Positions 61,052-64,000 of a stretch of 64,000 nt of DNA are shown here, in pieces. The notes below the pieces were generated by a model. The model had not been told where the DNA came from, did not search any database, and was given only the letters and a program-made list of their open reading frames with translations. Within the stretch, counting starts at the first letter, position 1. Every line of letters starts with the position of its first letter. A program made the translations under genes and the position numbers. Source of the DNA: Patescibacteria group bacterium (GTDB taxonomy: Bacteria; Patescibacteriota; Patescibacteriia; PEXW01); NCBI GenBank assembly GCA_041665345.1, contig JBAYJA010000001.1:329206-393205 (forward strand), written 5' to 3'.

Positions 61052-64000
61052 ATGCCAGAACCAGTCAATCCAGCGCCGCAGAAGCGCGCAACCGCCGTTC
61101 GCACGCAGACCCCAACGAACACGGTTGTTCGGTCGTCGCTCCTCCTCATGACTGTGGCCGCCACGGTGAGTGCTGGCGTTTTGCTGGCCGCTTTGGTCAT
61201 TCAGTCTTTGCCTAAGCGAGTGTTTGAAGTCAAGAAAGTTGCGGCGGTGACGTCGCCTGCGGGGTATGAAGGGAATATTCTCTTGGTGAAATTTGCAGAT
61301 GCAAAATTAACAGACAAGCAACGGCTATCGGCTGTGAATGCCGCCCTGAAAAAGCCTGTGCAATGCACGCGAACGGAGACAGTGCGCGTGCGCCAAGGGT
61401 GGCGAAGAGTGAATAAGCAGGTGGACGTCAGTTACAACTGCACCGTGAAAGTGCAGCGCATGACGCCCGTAGTTCCAGCCAAGGAAGCAAGCACCGTATT
61501 GGCAGCGAACCGAGCAAGCAAAGTTGAGACAGCCGCTGCGAAGACTGCATATGCAACGCTACAACAGTACAGCATTATTACTCTCACCGGGACGCGGGTG
61601 AACGTTCCTTCAGCCATTGCGGTGTTGAAAGCAGCAGGTATTACCGCAGACGCAAATGGTGCCATGGGTATTGCAGCCTTGGCCAGCGATCCACGGGTTA
61701 CCTCAGCCTTGCAGACGTTGGGAGTAAGTGATGCGCAGACAAACGCCTATGGGGTGCAAGGCGATGCAAATGGCGATGGTGGCCTGACCTGGGCTGACCC
61801 AGAAGTGATGGTGCAGTACATCTTCAATGGTGGTGCCGCACCAACGAATCGCACTGGGGCAGATATGAATGCAGACGGTTTGCTGAATATCAGCGACGTT
61901 GTGCAGATGGTGCAGTCCTTGGTTGCCACTATGTCCGCGCCAAATGATTTGACTAGCGATGCGAAAGTGAACATGGATGACGTGCACTTCCTGCAGCGGT
62001 ACATCTTCAGCAATGGTGCGGCGCCAGTTCCCTTGGCAAGCGCAGACTACTCTGCTGATGGACAGGTGAACGTTTCCGATCTCGTGGGGTACGGGGTGTA
62101 CGTGCAAACCCATCCCGCGGCTCCTGTTGCTGCTTGCACCCGGGGTGACGCAAACGCAGATGGAAAAGTTGACCTCGCAGACGTCACAGCAATTTCTGAT
62201 TACATCTTCCAAGGTGCAACGCTGGCTGGTCTGCCTTGCGCTGACGTCAATAGTGATGGCAAGGTGAATATTAGCGACGCGGTTGCATTGGTTGCCTTAC
62301 TCCAAAATCCAGTTGCGACAACGCAAACCAATGGACGTTCTGCAGTACTTGGCGACACAATTCCTGCAACCGACACGCCCACAGATGGTGATCCTGGGTA
62401 CCTCCTGGGTGATGTTGATGCATCGAACCGAGTGAACAGCCAGGATGTCACCGCTCTTCTCAATTACATATTCCAAGGCGCGGCAGCGCCCAGCCCCTTG
62501 GCCCGCGCGGATTTGAATAGTGATGGACTGGTGAACATTTCCGACGGTGTAACACTAACCAATCTGATTTCTGCGAGCCAGAAAAACCGCTGCCAGGTTG
62601 CAGACCTGAACAATGATGGCCAGGTTGACGCGAAAGATCCATCCGTTATTGTTGACTACATTTTCAGTGGCGGGGCTGCTCCTGACACCACGAAAGCGGA
62701 TATTGATAACGATGGCCGCATTACCATAAGTGATGCTGTGGCGCTGACGAACTGCATTCAGCTAGCCGCAGCACCCCTTGCTGATTACAATAAAGTAAAC
62801 ACCAATGGTGCAGGGACGGAATTTTTGTTAGGTGATGCAAACAACAATGGTGCACGGAATTTGGATGATGCACAGTACATCATTGATTACATTTTCAACA
62901 ATGGCTCCGCGCCGGTGCCTATGGAAGCTGGTGACATTGATGGCAACGGGATAGTCAATATTAGCGACGTTGTTGCCTTGGTCAACCTTCTAGATATTCT
63001 GGCCAATAATCCAGCTGACCTGCCCGTGCTCTACGGTGATGCCAACAAAGATGGCGCGGTGGACAGCAAGGATATTGAAGCGCTTACTGCAGCGTTGATT
63101 GCCAAGCAGACAGACGCACAATTGGATGTGAATCGAGATGGGAAAGCCAATATTGTAGACGCCTACTACTTGCCCCAGCTTCTGAATGTTGACGGCGCAT
63201 CAAAGCCATTGCCTGACGTGAATGGTGACGGCAAGGTGAATTTTGGTGATGTGGATTACCTTTTGGCATACATTTTTGCTGGTGGTCCTGCGCCTGCCAA
63301 TATGAGTACGGCTGACGTGAACGGTGATGGTAAGGTGAACATTAGTGATGTTGTCGCAATCACCAATGCGCTGACGCAACAAGGCGTTCTGCAGTACATG
63401 ACCGGTGATGCAAACCGAGACGGACAAGTGACAATGGCTGACGCGCAGTACCTCATTGCCTACATTTTTGCCGGCGGCCCTGCACCAGACCCACTGCTCC
63501 GCGGTGACGTCAGCGGCGATGGCGCGGTGAATATTACGGACGTGGTGATCCTGGTGCAGCGTTTCAACCAAGTTCTCGCACCCGTGGGAACCCCAGAAGC
63601 CTCGGTTGCCGTGCTGGATACGGGCGTGAAAACCAGTGGCACGGTGCTGAAAGCAGCTGCTGTGACCACAAAGGATATCCCCGGTAATAAGAAGGACGAC
63701 GATAAGAACGGGTACGTTGATGATGCGTACGGTTGGAATACCTTGGTGGCTGGTGGCTCCACGATGGATACCAATGGGCACGGTACCACGGTCGCTACGG
63801 CGATTCTCCAAGTCGCACCAAAAGCACAAATTCTGCCGGTCGCAGTATTAGATCGGTCGGGTATGGGTACCTGCTTGTCGGTCGCGCGCGGGCTCATCTA
63901 CGCCACGCAGCAAGGTGCTGACGTCGCCAACATCAGCGCCAGCGGCAAGGGAACCTGCACGCTTCTGAGCGATGTTGCGGTGTACGCGCAAGCGCGAGGC
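61052..64000 (+). CDS. secreted subtilisin-like (S8) serine protease with about nine tandem dockerin-type modules (3' end outside window)
   Basis: N-terminal signal/anchor; repeated modules GDANxDGxVxxxD...YIFxGGAAP...ADxNxDGxVNISDVVAL (paired Ca-binding loops typical of type I dockerins) about 9 times; then S8 catalytic Asp (VAVLDTGV) and His (DTNGHGTTVA) regions; ORF runs off the window. Confidence 0.75.
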   Translation, partial: MPEPVNPAPQKRATAVRTQTPTNTVVRSSLLLMTVAATVSAGVLLAALVIQSLPKRVFEVKKVAAVTSPAGYEGNILLVKFADAKLTDKQRLSAVNAALKKPVQCTRTETVRVRQGWRRVNKQVDVSYNCTVKVQRMTPVVPAKEASTVLAANRASKVETAAAKTAYATLQQYSIITLTGTRVNVPSAIAVLKAAGITADANGAMGIAALASDPRVTSALQTLGVSDAQTNAYGVQGDANGDGGLTWADPEVMVQYIFNGGAAPTNRTGADMNADGLLNISDVVQMVQSLVATMSAPNDLTSDAKVNMDDVHFLQRYIFSNGAAPVPLASADYSADGQVNVSDLVGYGVYVQTHPAAPVAACTRGDANADGKVDLADVTAISDYIFQGATLAGLPCADVNSDGKVNISDAVALVALLQNPVATTQTNGRSAVLGDTIPATDTPTDGDPGYLLGDVDASNRVNSQDVTALLNYIFQGAAAPSPLARADLNSDGLVNISDGVTLTNLISASQKNRCQVADLNNDGQVDAKDPSVIVDYIFSGGAAPDTTKADIDNDGRITISDAVALTNCIQLAAAPLADYNKVNTNGAGTEFLLGDANNNGARNLDDAQYIIDYIFNNGSAPVPMEAGDIDGNGIVNISDVVALVNLLDILANNPADLPVLYGDANKDGAVDSKDIEALTAALIAKQTDAQLDVNRDGKANIVDAYYLPQLLNVDGASKPLPDVNGDGKVNFGDVDYLLAYIFAGGPAPANMSTADVNGDGKVNISDVVAITNALTQQGVLQYMTGDANRDGQVTMADAQYLIAYIFAGGPAPDPLLRGDVSGDGAVNITDVVILVQRFNQVLAPVGTPEASVAVLDTGVKTSGTVLKAAAVTTKDIPGNKKDDDKNGYVDDAYGWNTLVAGGSTMDTNGHGTTVATAILQVAPKAQILPVAVLDRSGMGTCLSVARGLIYATQQGADVANISASGKGTCTLLSDVAVYAQARG

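Noticed and set aside
61432-63897. Several long minus-strand ORFs (61432-61665, 61703-62212, 62200-62463, 63200-63829, 63460-63897)
   Set aside because: They lie antisense to the continuous plus-strand dockerin/subtilase reading frame and show no RBS or domain signals. They are repeat-driven shadow ORFs.

Overview
This is a gene-dense bacterial window of roughly 52-54% GC that mixes conserved informational genes with several accessory regions. Canonical hairpin plus T-run terminators and sigma70-like promoters (TTGACA / TAnnnT) are frequent. Monoderm-type traits (heliorhodopsin, lipobox lipoprotein, dockerins) and a nucleotide-salvage gene set suggest a small-genome, Gram-positive-like lineage, possibly Patescibacteria or Chloroflexota-like; this placement is inference. 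No rRNA, tRNA or CRISPR array was recognised.

Confidently recognised housekeeping genes:
- secE-nusG-rplK-rplA cluster
- pheS and pheT
- gyrB
- gatB
- miaA
- dCMP deaminase, dUTPase, a thymidylate-kinase-like gene and a ThyX-like gene
- NAD(P)H-hydrate dehydratase
- a UvrD/AddA-like helicase-nuclease

Notable accessory or unusual content:
1. A heliorhodopsin that appears to head a three-gene operon with a small membrane protein and a P-loop kinase.
2. A six-gene complex-I / group-4-hydrogenase-like operon in which both the NuoB-like small subunit and the NuoCD-like large subunit have lost every metal-binding cysteine (an Ehr-type, cofactor-less module).
3. A MacB-type ABC transporter with a cognate OmpR/HK two-component system.
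4. Two tandem PD-(D/E)xK (DUF559/Vsr-like) paralogs followed by three separately terminated Cys-rich mini-genes.
5. An IS200/RAYT-like HUH transposase carrying a REP-like palindrome and a tandem repeat inside its own ORF, with a second REP copy downstream.
6. Serial insertions at the 5' end of the helicase gene, each leaving a duplicated gene start; the youngest carries a class-I Fic toxin with a separate (S/T)xxxE(G/N) antitoxin.
7. A hicB-hicA-like pair in an AT-rich islet.
8. An internally duplicated membrane protein inserted between rplK and rplA.
9. A tandem-fused ThyX with complementary degenerate active-site motifs.
10. Three paralogous P-loop kinases embedded in the dNTP-salvage cluster.
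11. At the window end, a secreted subtilase preceded by about nine tandem dockerin modules.

All coordinates and motif calls come from manual reading, so starts and terminator boundaries are approximate.
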